Assembly: GCA_902521655.1 (NCBI GenBank)
Contig: CABYSM010000003.1
Location: 15,297 to 79,296 of the forward strand
DNA length: 64,000 nucleotides
Source of the DNA: an uncultured Pelagibacteraceae bacterium
GTDB lineage: Bacteria > Pseudomonadota > Alphaproteobacteria > Pelagibacterales > AG-422-B15
Direction: 5' to 3'
The position numbers were made by a program, and so were the translations under genes. Shown in pieces: positions 53,558 through 63,320 of the stretch (its first letter is position 1; each line of letters begins with the position of its first letter). The notes beneath the pieces are model-generated. The model had not been told where the DNA came from, searched no databases, and saw only the letters and a list, made by a program, of their open reading frames with translations.

Positions 53558-54352
53558 CTAAAGATAAATTAATATAAGCGTTCCTATAACAATTCGGTAG
53601 ATAACAAATGGTTTCATAGTATTTTTTTTCAACCACTTAAGTAAATAGTCGATTGAAAGATAAGCTACAAAAAAAGAGATAAAAAATCCAAAACAGCTAG
53701 AAGAAATATTAGTACTTGTTGGTGACTCTATGAGTTTAAGAATTGGTATAGCAGAAGAAATTAAAATTACTGGAATTGATAGTAAAATGGAAAGCTTTGC
53801 AGCTTCAATTCTATTTAAACCAATTATTCTTGAACCTGAATACACAACTCCCGCTCTACTTGCCCCAGGTATAATCGCTAGTATTTGAAAAAGACCAATG
53901 ATGAGAGCACTTTTTATTGATAATCTCTCAATGCCTTTAGTGTTGGCATTAGTGTAACTATCAGAATAATAGAGAAGAAGTCCAAAAATTATTGTTGCTA
54001 GTCCAACAATTTTTATATTCCTTAAAATATCAGCATAACCTGTAAGAAAAAGTAAGCCTCCAACAATCACAACAGGCAATGTTCCAACAATGAGACAGAA
54101 AGCTAAATTTTTCTCATCCTTACTTAATTTGATGCTGAATGGTAAAAGCAGAAAAACTAATACTTTAATATCATTTCTAAAATAGATGATGACAGCCAAA
54201 AGAGAGCCCAAATGCAGACTTACATCCAACATCAGACTTTCGGGAATACTCATTATTTCAGCGGCAATTAATAAATGTCCGGAACTTGAAATAGGCAAAA
54301 ACTCTGAAATACCCTGAATAATTCCTAATAGTAGTATTGGTAAAAAAGCCAT
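53558..54352 (-). CDS. uppP: Undecaprenyl-diphosphate phosphatase
   Basis: 264 aa with 8 TM segments, an N-terminal GISEFLPISSSGHL and PGASRAG. Confidence 0.9.
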   Translation of the reverse strand: MAFLPILLLGIIQGISEFLPISSSGHLLIAAEIMSIPESLMLDVSLHLGSLLAVIIYFRNDIKVLVFLLLPFSIKLSKDEKNLAFCLIVGTLPVVIVGGLLFLTGYADILRNIKIVGLATIIFGLLLYYSDSYTNANTKGIERLSIKSALIIGLFQILAIIPGASRAGVVYSGSRIIGLNRIEAAKLSILLSIPVILISSAIPILKLIESPTSTNISSSCFGFFISFFVAYLSIDYLLKWLKKNTMKPFVIYRIVIGTLILIYL

Positions 54353-54406
54353 AAGAATTAAAAAAATACTGTTTTACGCCATTTAGGCAAGAAAAACTTA
54401 AACTGT

Positions 54407-54421
54407 GTCATACTATATGAC
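54407..54421. promoter_or_regulatory. Palindrome GTCAT-actat-ATGAC (site 1) upstream of gltD
   Basis: Read directly from the sequence. It can also be written as 6-bp arms GTCATA/TATGAC with a 3-nt spacer. Its core and spacing match site 2. Confidence 0.4.
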
Positions 54422-54476
54422 TATTATTATATATTTTAAATGTTATAAAAAGTTTAACTAGACGAGAGGAATCCAA

Positions 54477-54499
54477 ATATGTCATGAATTATGACATAT
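54477..54499. promoter_or_regulatory. Palindrome ATATGTCAT-gaatt-ATGACATAT (site 2), 10 nt upstream of the gltD ATG
   Basis: Perfect 9-bp arms with a 5-nt spacer. The core is GTCAT-N5-ATGAC, as in site 1, and the site centres are 74 bp apart. Confidence 0.45.
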
Positions 54500-54509
54500 A
54501 GAAGACGTT

Positions 54510-55949
54510 ATGCTTAAATTTACTAATTTAAATCAAGAATACCCTGAAAAAAGGTCCTCAGAAAATAGAAAAAAAGATTTTGGGGAGATTTATGAGAACT
54601 TTATAAAGAACAGCGCCAAAGAGCAGTCAAGTCGTTGTTCTCAATGCGGGGTTCCTTACTGCACCGTCCATTGTCCCTTGCATAATCATATTCCTGATTG
54701 GCTTAAGCTTGCGGCGGAGGACCGACTTGAAGAGGCTTACCAAATATCTTCGAGCACAAATAATATGCCAGAGATATGCGGAAGAATTTGCCCGCAAGAT
54801 CGATTATGTGAAGGAAACTGTGTTATTGAGCAATCAGGGCATGGTTCGGTCACTATTGGATCAGTAGAAAAATATCTAACTGACAATGCGTTCGAAAAGG
54901 GATGGATTAAACCGATCAAAGTTCCTGAGTACTTAGAAAAAGAAAATAGCATTGGTATCATTGGTGCGGGTCCCGCAGGTCTCGCTGCCGCTGAGGAATT
55001 AAGAAAAAGGGGTTACAAAATTGATGTATATGATCGTTATGACCGCGCTGGAGGTTTACTGATTTATGGAATCCCAAATTTTAAACTGGAAAAAGATATT
55101 GTTCAAAGAAGAATGAAATACCTTGAGGACTCAAATATTAAGATTCATCTAAATACTGAAATTGGAAAAGATATTCATTTTTTGGATCTTCAAAAAAAAC
55201 ATGACGCTGTATTAATTGCAACGGGAGTCTATAAAGCGAGAGAAATTTCCCTAGAAGGCGATGCATCCGAAGTAGTTCCTGCTTTGGATTTTCTAACTGC
55301 ATCAAACCGAAAAGGCTTGGGAGATAGCTTAGAGGCTTTTGATAATGGATTGCTCAACGCCAAAGGTAAGAATGTAGTTGTAATTGGTGGAGGGGATACA
55401 GCTATGGACTGCGTAAGAACAGCTATTAGACAGGAGGCAAAATCCGTTAAGTGTCTTTACCGAAGAGATAAAGAGAATATGCCTGGCTCGGCCAGAGAAG
55501 TTAACAATGCTGAGGAAGAGGGAGTAGAATTTTTATGGCAATCTCTCCCAAAAAAAATTGAAAGAAATAATAATAGTAGCCTCTTAAATTGTATAAAAAT
55601 GAAGTTAAGTGAACCAGAGTCCGATGGCAGAAGAATACCTCAAGAGATAGCAGGTTCTGATTTTGAATTAGAGACCGATTTAGTAATTGCTGCTCTGGGT
55701 TTTTCTCCTGAAAATTTGCCAAAAATGTTTGAAGTCGAAGAACTTCCAGTCACAAAATGGGGTACGGTTCGTGTAGGATTTAATACCATGATGACCAGTC
55801 TTGAGGGTGTATTTGCTGCAGGAGATATTGTCAGAGGAGCTTCCCTGGTAGTTTGGGGAATCAGAGATGGGCGAGATGTAGCAAATTCTATTCATGATTA
55901 TATTGAAGAAAAAAATAATGCAAAAAATCTAAATATTAAAGCATCATGA
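54510..55949 (+). CDS. gltD: Glutamate synthase (NADPH) small subunit
   Basis: 479 aa with Fe-S Cys clusters CSQCGVPYC and CPQDRLCEGNC, plus the dinucleotide folds GAGPAGLAAA and VIGGGDTAMDC. Confidence 0.95.
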   Translation: MLKFTNLNQEYPEKRSSENRKKDFGEIYENFIKNSAKEQSSRCSQCGVPYCTVHCPLHNHIPDWLKLAAEDRLEEAYQISSSTNNMPEICGRICPQDRLCEGNCVIEQSGHGSVTIGSVEKYLTDNAFEKGWIKPIKVPEYLEKENSIGIIGAGPAGLAAAEELRKRGYKIDVYDRYDRAGGLLIYGIPNFKLEKDIVQRRMKYLEDSNIKIHLNTEIGKDIHFLDLQKKHDAVLIATGVYKAREISLEGDASEVVPALDFLTASNRKGLGDSLEAFDNGLLNAKGKNVVVIGGGDTAMDCVRTAIRQEAKSVKCLYRRDKENMPGSAREVNNAEEEGVEFLWQSLPKKIERNNNSSLLNCIKMKLSEPESDGRRIPQEIAGSDFELETDLVIAALGFSPENLPKMFEVEELPVTKWGTVRVGFNTMMTSLEGVFAAGDIVRGASLVVWGIRDGRDVANSIHDYIEEKNNAKNLNIKAS

Positions 55950-58900
55950 CAAATGAATTAAAAAGATATTTAAAAAATAAAAAAAATTTAGAGGATGCAT
56001 TTTTATATAATCCGGGACATGAACATGACTCTTGCGGCGTAGGTTTTGTAGCATCTACAGATGGCAAACAAAGACGTGAAGTTGTCCAAGGTGGTATTGA
56101 CGCCCTCAAGGCTGTATGGCATCGAGGTGCAGTTGATGCTGACGGAAAGACTGGTGATGGAGCAGGCATACTTACTCAGATACCTTATAATTTTTTTGAC
56201 GATGAGATAGCTAAGACAGGCCATGAAAAAAGAGATGAACCTCTCGGTATTGGCATGATGTTCCTTCCAAGGAATGATTATGCCGCACTTGAAAAATGTA
56301 GAACAATTATTGAGTCCGAACTGCTTGATCATGGTTATTACATCTATGGTTGGAGACAGGTTCCAATAAATAACGGTGTAATTGGGGAAAAAGCAAACTC
56401 TACTCGCCCTGAGATCGAGCAAGTTATGTTCGTAAATACTATAGAAAGAGATAAAGAATTTGATTTTGCAAAAGAGTTATACCTTGTTAGAAGAAGGCTA
56501 GAAAAAAGAATAGCAAAACAGCAAATCAATGGTTTCTATGTTTGTTCATTGAGTTTCGAGTCAATTATCTACAAAGGACTTTTCTTAGCCGAACAACTAT
56601 CAATTTTTTATCCTGACTTAGCGAATGAAGAATTTATTTCATCTTTTGCCGTATTTCATCAAAGGTACTCAACAAATACTTTTCCGTCCTGGGGTTTAGC
56701 ACAACCTTTTAGAATGTTAGCTCATAACGGTGAAATTAATACAATATCAGGAAATACTAACTGGATGAGAAACCACCAAACACGAATTACTACTGAAATT
56801 TTTGGAGATGACAGTGAGCAAGTTAAGCCAATTATTGAAAAGAATGTTTCAGACTCATCAGCCTTAGACGCAGCTTTTGAGCTATATGTAAGGGCAGGAA
56901 GATCAGTTCCTCTTGTAAAAACTCTTTTAATACCAGAAGCCTGGTCAAAAAGAAGTGAGCTTATGCCGATTGAGCATAGAAATATGTATGAATTTTCAAA
57001 TGCTATTGTTGAACCTTGGGATGGTCCTGCTGCAATAGCAGCAGTTGATGGCAATTGGATCGTCGGAGGTATGGACAGAAATGGGTTGCGGCCTATGAGA
57101 TACTCAATTTCTCGAGATAATCTCATATATGTAGGTTCTGAGACAGGGATGGTGACAGTTGATGAATCTAAAATAATAGAAAAAGGTAAACTAGGACCAG
57201 GTGAAATTATTGGTATCAATCTTAAAGAAGGTAAAATATTTAGAGATCATGAAATGAAGGAACGATTGGCATCTGAAGCACCATATGAAGAGTATGTCAA
57301 AAAAATAATACGATTAGACAAACGAGTTAAAATTTCTAAAGAATCAACGGTTACTGATCAAGCCAAGTTAAGAAAGAAAATGATTGCTGCTGGGTATACG
57401 ATGGAGGAACTTGAACTCATCCTGCACCCAATGGTTTCGGATGCGAAAGAATCTACTGGCAGCATGGGTGATGATACGCCAATAGCGGTATTGTCGGATA
57501 AGTACAGACCATTGTCACACTTTTTTAGACAAAAATTTAGCCAAGTTACAAATCCTCCCATCGACAGCCTAAGAGAGCAAAGTAGAATGAGTTTAAAAAC
57601 GAGATTTGGAAATCTTCAGGATATTTTGAATCCAAATCCATATGAAGAAAATGTTTTTGTAATAGATAGTCCTTTTATTACTAATGGCTTCTTCAAAAAA
57701 ATTTCTATACGTGGTCAACAGACAACAACAAATATTGATTGTACTGTAGAAAAAAAGTCATTTGATTTAAAAAAAGAAATTAAGCGTATTCAATTAGAAG
57801 CTGAAACTGCGGTTCTAAGTGGAAAGTCTCACATAGTCTTATCAGATATTAATGCCGATGAAGAAAAGATTGCATTACCATTAATTCTCATTACTGCTGC
57901 AGTTCATACAGATCTTACTCGAAAAGGAATAAGATCATTTGTCTCGTTACATGTGAGATCTTCAGAATGCATTGATACTCATTACTTCGCTGTATTAATT
58001 GGTGTTGGGGCAACAACTGTGAATCCTTATTTAGCGCAAGACTGTATCTATGAGAGGCACCAGAAAGGGTTATTTGGAAATATATCCTATGAAGAATGTG
58101 TTGATCGATACAAAAAAGCAATTGATCAAGGACTCCTCAAAGTAATGTCTAAGCTTGGTATATCTGTAATTAGTGCATATAGAGGAGGTTTTAATTTTGA
58201 AGCAGTAGGTCTAAGTCGATCTACAGTAAATGAATATTTTCTTGGTGTTCAAAGTCGAATGTCAGGAATAGGTCTTACTGGAATTGAAAAAAAACTTACT
58301 GAACTTCATGATTACGCTTATTCAGATACTGTTCAAACACTGCCTATAGGTGGAATATACCGATATCGAAGTGGAGGAGAGACACACGCTTATGAAGGAA
58401 AATTAATACACCTTCTTCAAACAGCGGTCGCTGAGGACTCTTATGATATGTATAAAAAATACTCTAGCTCAATGGGGAATTTTGCACCAATCAACATAAG
58501 AGATCTTCTTGAATTCAAAGAGGCAGAGACTGATCTAGATCTTTCTGAAGTTGAATCTATAACGTCAATTAGAAAAAGATTTGGAACAGGAAGTATGTCC
58601 CATGGTGCTTTATCAAAAGAAGCCCATGAAACTCTTGCAATTGCAATGAATAGAATTGGAGGAGCATCTTGTTCGGGTGAAGGCGGTGAATCGATTGAAC
58701 GATCATATCCACTTGAGAACGGAGATAGCGCAAATTCAAGAGTTAAACAAGTAGCTTCTGCAAGATTTGGGGTCACTACAGAATATCTTAACAATTGTGA
58801 AGAAATTGAAATTAAGATTGCACAAGGGGCAAAGCCTGGAGAGGGAGGCCAATTACCAGGTTTTAAAGTCACAGCAGAAATTGCTAAATTAAGACATTCA

Positions 58901-60466
58901 ACTCAAGGAGTAACATTAATCAGTCCTCCTCCACACCACGACATCTATTCTATCGAAGATCTTGCTCAGCTTATTTATGATTTGAAGCAGGTAAACTCAA
59001 ATGCGAGAGTATGTGTTAAATTAGTTGCTTCTTCTGGAATAGGAACAATTGCTGCTGGAGTTGCTAAGGCAAAAGCTGATGTAATCCTAATTTCTGGTCA
59101 CAATGGTGGCACTGGGGCGAGCCCACAAACAAGTATTAAATATGCAGGTATCCCCTGGGAAATGGGCTTGACTGAAGTAAATCAAGTCCTGACATTAAAT
59201 GGCTTGCGTCAGAATGTAGTTCTCCGAACAGACGGTGGGATAAAGACGGGTCGAGACGTAGTCATCGCTGCGATGATGGGAGCTGAAGAGTTTGGAGTTG
59301 GCACGACATCTTTAGTGGCTATGGGATGTATTATGGTTAGGCAATGCCATTCAAATACATGTCCAGTAGGTGTTTGTACGCAAGATGATGATTTGAGAGC
59401 AAGGTTTTCAGGCAGTCCAGAAAAAGTAGTTAATCTGTTTAGCTTTATAGCAGAAGAGGTTAGGGAAATTTTAGCAGACTTAGGTGTGAAAAGTTTAAAT
59501 GATGTTATTGGAAGAACAGATTTATTGTATCAAATATCAAGGGGATCAATGCATTTAGATGATTTAGATTTGAATTCACTTTTAATTCAAGCTGAGAAGG
59601 ATCCAGATGTTGAGTACTTTAATCACTCTGTAATTAATGATGTAGGCTCTACGCTTGATGAAAAAATTATTCAAGATGCCTCAAAATTTTTACAGACCGG
59701 ACAGAAAACTGAATTAAATTATCCAATTAAAAATACTGATAGAGCGGTAGGTACTAGATTATCATCAACTATTTACCGAACATTCAAAAATACTGAAGTT
59801 AATAAGGAGCACTTGACTATCAATCTCACAGGATCAGCTGGACAATCACTTGGCGCTTTTGGGATTAAAGGTTTAAAAATAAGCCTTTTTGGCGATTCAA
59901 ATGACTATGTTGGAAAAGGGCTATCAGGTGCTACAATTTCAATTAGGCCTCACAAAAATAGTTCTTTGATTAGTAATGAAAATACAATCATTGGAAACAC
60001 TGTACTTTACGGGGCAACGTCTGGTGAATTGTATGCTGCTGGTGAAGCGGGTGAAAGATTTGCTGTTAGAAACTCGGGTGCAACAACGGTAGTGGAAGGA
60101 TGTGGTTCAAATGGATGTGAATACATGACTGGCGGTACTGTTGTAATATTAGGAAAAACAGGAGATAATTTTGGGGCCGGAATGACTGGTGGTATGGCAT
60201 TTATATATGATGAGGATCAAAATTTTAATTTAAGAGTAAATCCAGAGACTTTAATCTTTGATACAATTTCCTCGGATTATTGGACAAATGAGCTTTACCA
60301 AATTATTCTTTGTCATCATCAAAATACTTTAAGTTTGCATGCCAAAAATATATTAGATAATTGGGAAACAGAAAAATTAAAATTCATTCACGTATGTCCG
60401 AAAGAGATAGCCAACATATTAGTTCAACCTCTGGGTTTCGAAAAAAAATTGAAGCAGGTCAATTAA
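55946..60466 (+). CDS. gltB: Glutamate synthase large subunit
   Basis: 1506 aa with an Ntn amidotransferase Cys after a propeptide (EHDSCGVGFVA), FMN/3Fe-4S region and a C-terminal GXGXG beta-helix. It overlaps the gltD stop by 4 nt. Confidence 0.97.
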   Translation: MTNELKRYLKNKKNLEDAFLYNPGHEHDSCGVGFVASTDGKQRREVVQGGIDALKAVWHRGAVDADGKTGDGAGILTQIPYNFFDDEIAKTGHEKRDEPLGIGMMFLPRNDYAALEKCRTIIESELLDHGYYIYGWRQVPINNGVIGEKANSTRPEIEQVMFVNTIERDKEFDFAKELYLVRRRLEKRIAKQQINGFYVCSLSFESIIYKGLFLAEQLSIFYPDLANEEFISSFAVFHQRYSTNTFPSWGLAQPFRMLAHNGEINTISGNTNWMRNHQTRITTEIFGDDSEQVKPIIEKNVSDSSALDAAFELYVRAGRSVPLVKTLLIPEAWSKRSELMPIEHRNMYEFSNAIVEPWDGPAAIAAVDGNWIVGGMDRNGLRPMRYSISRDNLIYVGSETGMVTVDESKIIEKGKLGPGEIIGINLKEGKIFRDHEMKERLASEAPYEEYVKKIIRLDKRVKISKESTVTDQAKLRKKMIAAGYTMEELELILHPMVSDAKESTGSMGDDTPIAVLSDKYRPLSHFFRQKFSQVTNPPIDSLREQSRMSLKTRFGNLQDILNPNPYEENVFVIDSPFITNGFFKKISIRGQQTTTNIDCTVEKKSFDLKKEIKRIQLEAETAVLSGKSHIVLSDINADEEKIALPLILITAAVHTDLTRKGIRSFVSLHVRSSECIDTHYFAVLIGVGATTVNPYLAQDCIYERHQKGLFGNISYEECVDRYKKAIDQGLLKVMSKLGISVISAYRGGFNFEAVGLSRSTVNEYFLGVQSRMSGIGLTGIEKKLTELHDYAYSDTVQTLPIGGIYRYRSGGETHAYEGKLIHLLQTAVAEDSYDMYKKYSSSMGNFAPINIRDLLEFKEAETDLDLSEVESITSIRKRFGTGSMSHGALSKEAHETLAIAMNRIGGASCSGEGGESIERSYPLENGDSANSRVKQVASARFGVTTEYLNNCEEIEIKIAQGAKPGEGGQLPGFKVTAEIAKLRHSTQGVTLISPPPHHDIYSIEDLAQLIYDLKQVNSNARVCVKLVASSGIGTIAAGVAKAKADVILISGHNGGTGASPQTSIKYAGIPWEMGLTEVNQVLTLNGLRQNVVLRTDGGIKTGRDVVIAAMMGAEEFGVGTTSLVAMGCIMVRQCHSNTCPVGVCTQDDDLRARFSGSPEKVVNLFSFIAEEVREILADLGVKSLNDVIGRTDLLYQISRGSMHLDDLDLNSLLIQAEKDPDVEYFNHSVINDVGSTLDEKIIQDASKFLQTGQKTELNYPIKNTDRAVGTRLSSTIYRTFKNTEVNKEHLTINLTGSAGQSLGAFGIKGLKISLFGDSNDYVGKGLSGATISIRPHKNSSLISNENTIIGNTVLYGATSGELYAAGEAGERFAVRNSGATTVVEGCGSNGCEYMTGGTVVILGKTGDNFGAGMTGGMAFIYDEDQNFNLRVNPETLIFDTISSDYWTNELYQIILCHHQNTLSLHAKNILDNWETEKLKFIHVCPKEIANILVQPLGFEKKLKQVN

Positions 60467-61578
60467 TTACAGAGAGCGATTATCAAAAACTTGATCAATT
60501 AATCAGAGAAAATGGTTTTGATGTTTTTGGAGTTGTGCCAGCAAGCTCTAAATTAGATTTTAAAAAACATCTTAATGAATTTTTAGATAACAACCATCAT
60601 GGTGATATGAAATGGATGTATGAAAGATCACATCTGAGATCTAATCCAAAATCACTATGGGCTCAAACAAAATCAATAATAGTACTTGGAGTAAATTATA
60701 ATTTTAATTGTAATTCACTTGAGCTTTTATCAAATAAGGAAAAAGGAATTGTATCAGTATACTCAAGAAATAATGACTATCATAAAATTATCAAAAAAAA
60801 CTTGAAACATTTATCAGTACAAATTTCAGATTTGTATGATTGTGATTATAAATATTTCATTGATACAGCACCAGTAATGGAAAAACCTATAGGTATGTTA
60901 GGAGGAATTGGTTGGCAAGGAAAACACACAAATCTTGTTTCAAAAGACTTTGGATCCTGGCTGTTCCTTTCAACAATATTTGTCGATAAAGAAATTGTAT
61001 CTTCAGAACCTGAAATAAATCATTGTGGCTCCTGTTCGGATTGTATAGACACATGTCCTACTGGTGCAATAATTGAACCTTATAAGTTAGATGCAAGAAA
61101 ATGTATTTCCTATCTCACCATAGAACATAAAGGTAAAATAGATAAAAATTTAAGATCTTTAATAGGAAATAGAATTTATGGATGTGATGACTGTTTAGCT
61201 GTGTGCCCGTGGAATAAATTTGCAAAATTATCCAATGAAACAAATTTTCATCCCAAAGCAGAACTAATAGAACCTGATCTCAAATCCTTTATTAAACTTG
61301 ATGATGCACAATTTAGAGATAAATTTAGTGGATCAAGTATAAAAAGAATTGGAAGAGATCGATTTATAAGAAATGTATTGATTGCAGCGGGTAATAGTAA
61401 AAATAAGGTTTTTATTGAGGATGTAAAAGACCTTCTTCATGATGAGTCAAGTTTAGTTAGGTCAATGGCTGTGTGGGCTCTTAAACAAATAGTTGATACT
61501 CATGATTTCAATAATTTCAAAAAAGATCATATGTCTTACGAGGTAGATAAAGATGTAAAAGCAGAATGGTTAGATTAG
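60394..61578 (+). CDS. queG: tRNA epoxyqueuosine(34) reductase
   Basis: Ferredoxin motifs are CGSCSDCIDTCPTGAI and CDDCLAVCPWNKF. HHGDMKWM is present, with a HEAT-like C-terminus. The start is uncertain: ATG at 60394 or TTG at 60361 both overlap gltB, and homology to known QueG N-termini begins only near 60460. Confidence 0.8.
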   Translation: MSERDSQHISSTSGFRKKIEAGQLITESDYQKLDQLIRENGFDVFGVVPASSKLDFKKHLNEFLDNNHHGDMKWMYERSHLRSNPKSLWAQTKSIIVLGVNYNFNCNSLELLSNKEKGIVSVYSRNNDYHKIIKKNLKHLSVQISDLYDCDYKYFIDTAPVMEKPIGMLGGIGWQGKHTNLVSKDFGSWLFLSTIFVDKEIVSSEPEINHCGSCSDCIDTCPTGAIIEPYKLDARKCISYLTIEHKGKIDKNLRSLIGNRIYGCDDCLAVCPWNKFAKLSNETNFHPKAELIEPDLKSFIKLDDAQFRDKFSGSSIKRIGRDRFIRNVLIAAGNSKNKVFIEDVKDLLHDESSLVRSMAVWALKQIVDTHDFNNFKKDHMSYEVDKDVKAEWLD

Positions 61579-61582
61579 CATC

Positions 61583-62425
61583 ATGATTTTTATTTATGGA
61601 TATGGTTATACTTCTCAACATTTGTGTAGGCTATTAATTAGTAACAAGATAATTGCAACTTCTCGGAATTTTGAGGAGAAAAAATCAATCAATGATAATG
61701 TTGAACTAATTGCTCCGAGTGAATCAAGTTTAATAATAAAGGAATACGGTGATAAAATAACCCATCTATTGATTTCAGTCCCACCCAGTGAAGATGGGGA
61801 TCTTTTTTTAAATAATTTCAATAAAGATTTACAATCTCTTAAAAATTTAAAGTGGATAGGATATTTATCAGCTACAAGTGTATATGGAGATCATAAAGGT
61901 GAATTTGTAAATGAGAACTCTGAACTTCTTACAAAGTCCACTAGAGGTATCAATAGAAAACTTGCAGAAGATCAATGGATTGATATTTCAAATAAATATA
62001 ATCTTCCTCTTCATATATTTAGGATTGCAGGCATATATGGACCACAAAGAAGTATTATAGATAGAATGAGTTCAGGGAATTTTATTAATGTAATTAAAGA
62101 TAATCATTTTTTTTCGAGAATTTATATTGATGACTTAGTAAATATAATTCATGCTTCAATGAATAAACCAAATCCCATAAGTATTTACAATGTTGCTGAT
62201 GATCTACCATCATCTTTAAATGATGTTGTTAGATATATATCTGATCAAACAGGAATAATAATTGATCGAGAAATGCAATACTCAGAATTAAGTAAAGATG
62301 AAAAAAGAGAAAGTTTCTTCACTGAAAATAAAAAAATTAACAATAAAACAATAAAGAACGAATTAGGTATAATATTAGAGTACCCAACATATATTGAGGG
62401 TTATAATAAACTTATTAATTGTTAA
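61583..62425 (+). CDS. NAD(P)-binding Rossmann-fold (SDR/epimerase-like) protein
   Basis: 280 aa with an N-terminal IFIYGYGYTSQHL in place of a canonical GxxGxxG, then STSVYGD and RIAGIYGPQR, typical of atypical SDRs. Confidence 0.5.
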   Translation: MIFIYGYGYTSQHLCRLLISNKIIATSRNFEEKKSINDNVELIAPSESSLIIKEYGDKITHLLISVPPSEDGDLFLNNFNKDLQSLKNLKWIGYLSATSVYGDHKGEFVNENSELLTKSTRGINRKLAEDQWIDISNKYNLPLHIFRIAGIYGPQRSIIDRMSSGNFINVIKDNHFFSRIYIDDLVNIIHASMNKPNPISIYNVADDLPSSLNDVVRYISDQTGIIIDREMQYSELSKDEKRESFFTENKKINNKTIKNELGIILEYPTYIEGYNKLINC

Positions 62426-62429
62426 TTTC

Positions 62430-63320
62430 TTAAATTCCAGAACTTGACTCAACTTGTAAACGGCTTATTGCAATACCAATCACAACTAAAATAACCCCAA
62501 TTAAAAGTGAAAATTTCAACGGCTCATTCATCAACGCCCATCCATAAAATATCCCAAAAACAGGTATTAAATATGCAACTTGCATCATGAATGTAGTCCC
62601 TGCAGAGCGTATTAAAACTTGCCTTAAGCTAAAAGCTAAACCCGTTGGTATAATTCCTAAATAAATAACAGCAGTTATTGCTGCTGTATTTAACTCATAA
62701 CTCATTGGTTGCGCATAAAAGAACATAAACGGAATAAGCCAAATGCTTCCCCATGCTAGCGTATTCATTGTTACCATGTCAGAAGGCAAGTCTGAGACTT
62801 TTCTGATGATTAAATTTGATACCACATATGAACAACCTGCCAGATATATAGCAAGGGCACCAATAAAACTCGACATGTCTGTAACAAAAACCTGCACGCC
62901 TACAGCAAAAACGACTCCTGAAAAGCCTATAATTGTACCAATTGTTTTCCTTAAATTAAGTTTTTCATCTTCAGTAAAATAGTGTGCGAGCACAAGAGCT
63001 AAGAAAGGATTAGCAGACATAATAATAACTCCAATATTACTTGGCAGCGACATAAGCCCATACGGAATTAATGTAAAAGGTATTGCTGCATTAAATAATC
63101 CTATGATTGCGTAAGTAAATGAATTTTTCTGAAAAAGTTCTAAATTTCCTGAACGAAAAAGGACAGCTAATAATAATATTAAAGCACCAATAAAGGTTCT
63201 AAAAAAACCAACTTCAATTGGGTTAAACATTAAATTACAAAATTTTATTGCAACAAATGATGCACCCCATACAGCACCTAAAAAGATTAGTAGAAAATAA
63301 TTATTTAATGTGGAATTCAC
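62430..63320 (-). CDS. EamA/DMT-family permease
   Basis: 296 aa with about 10 TM segments. This is the third EamA-type gene in the window. Confidence 0.7.
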   Translation of the reverse strand: MNSTLNNYFLLIFLGAVWGASFVAIKFCNLMFNPIEVGFFRTFIGALILLLAVLFRSGNLELFQKNSFTYAIIGLFNAAIPFTLIPYGLMSLPSNIGVIIMSANPFLALVLAHYFTEDEKLNLRKTIGTIIGFSGVVFAVGVQVFVTDMSSFIGALAIYLAGCSYVVSNLIIRKVSDLPSDMVTMNTLAWGSIWLIPFMFFYAQPMSYELNTAAITAVIYLGIIPTGLAFSLRQVLIRSAGTTFMMQVAYLIPVFGIFYGWALMNEPLKFSLLIGVILVVIGIAISRLQVESSSGI

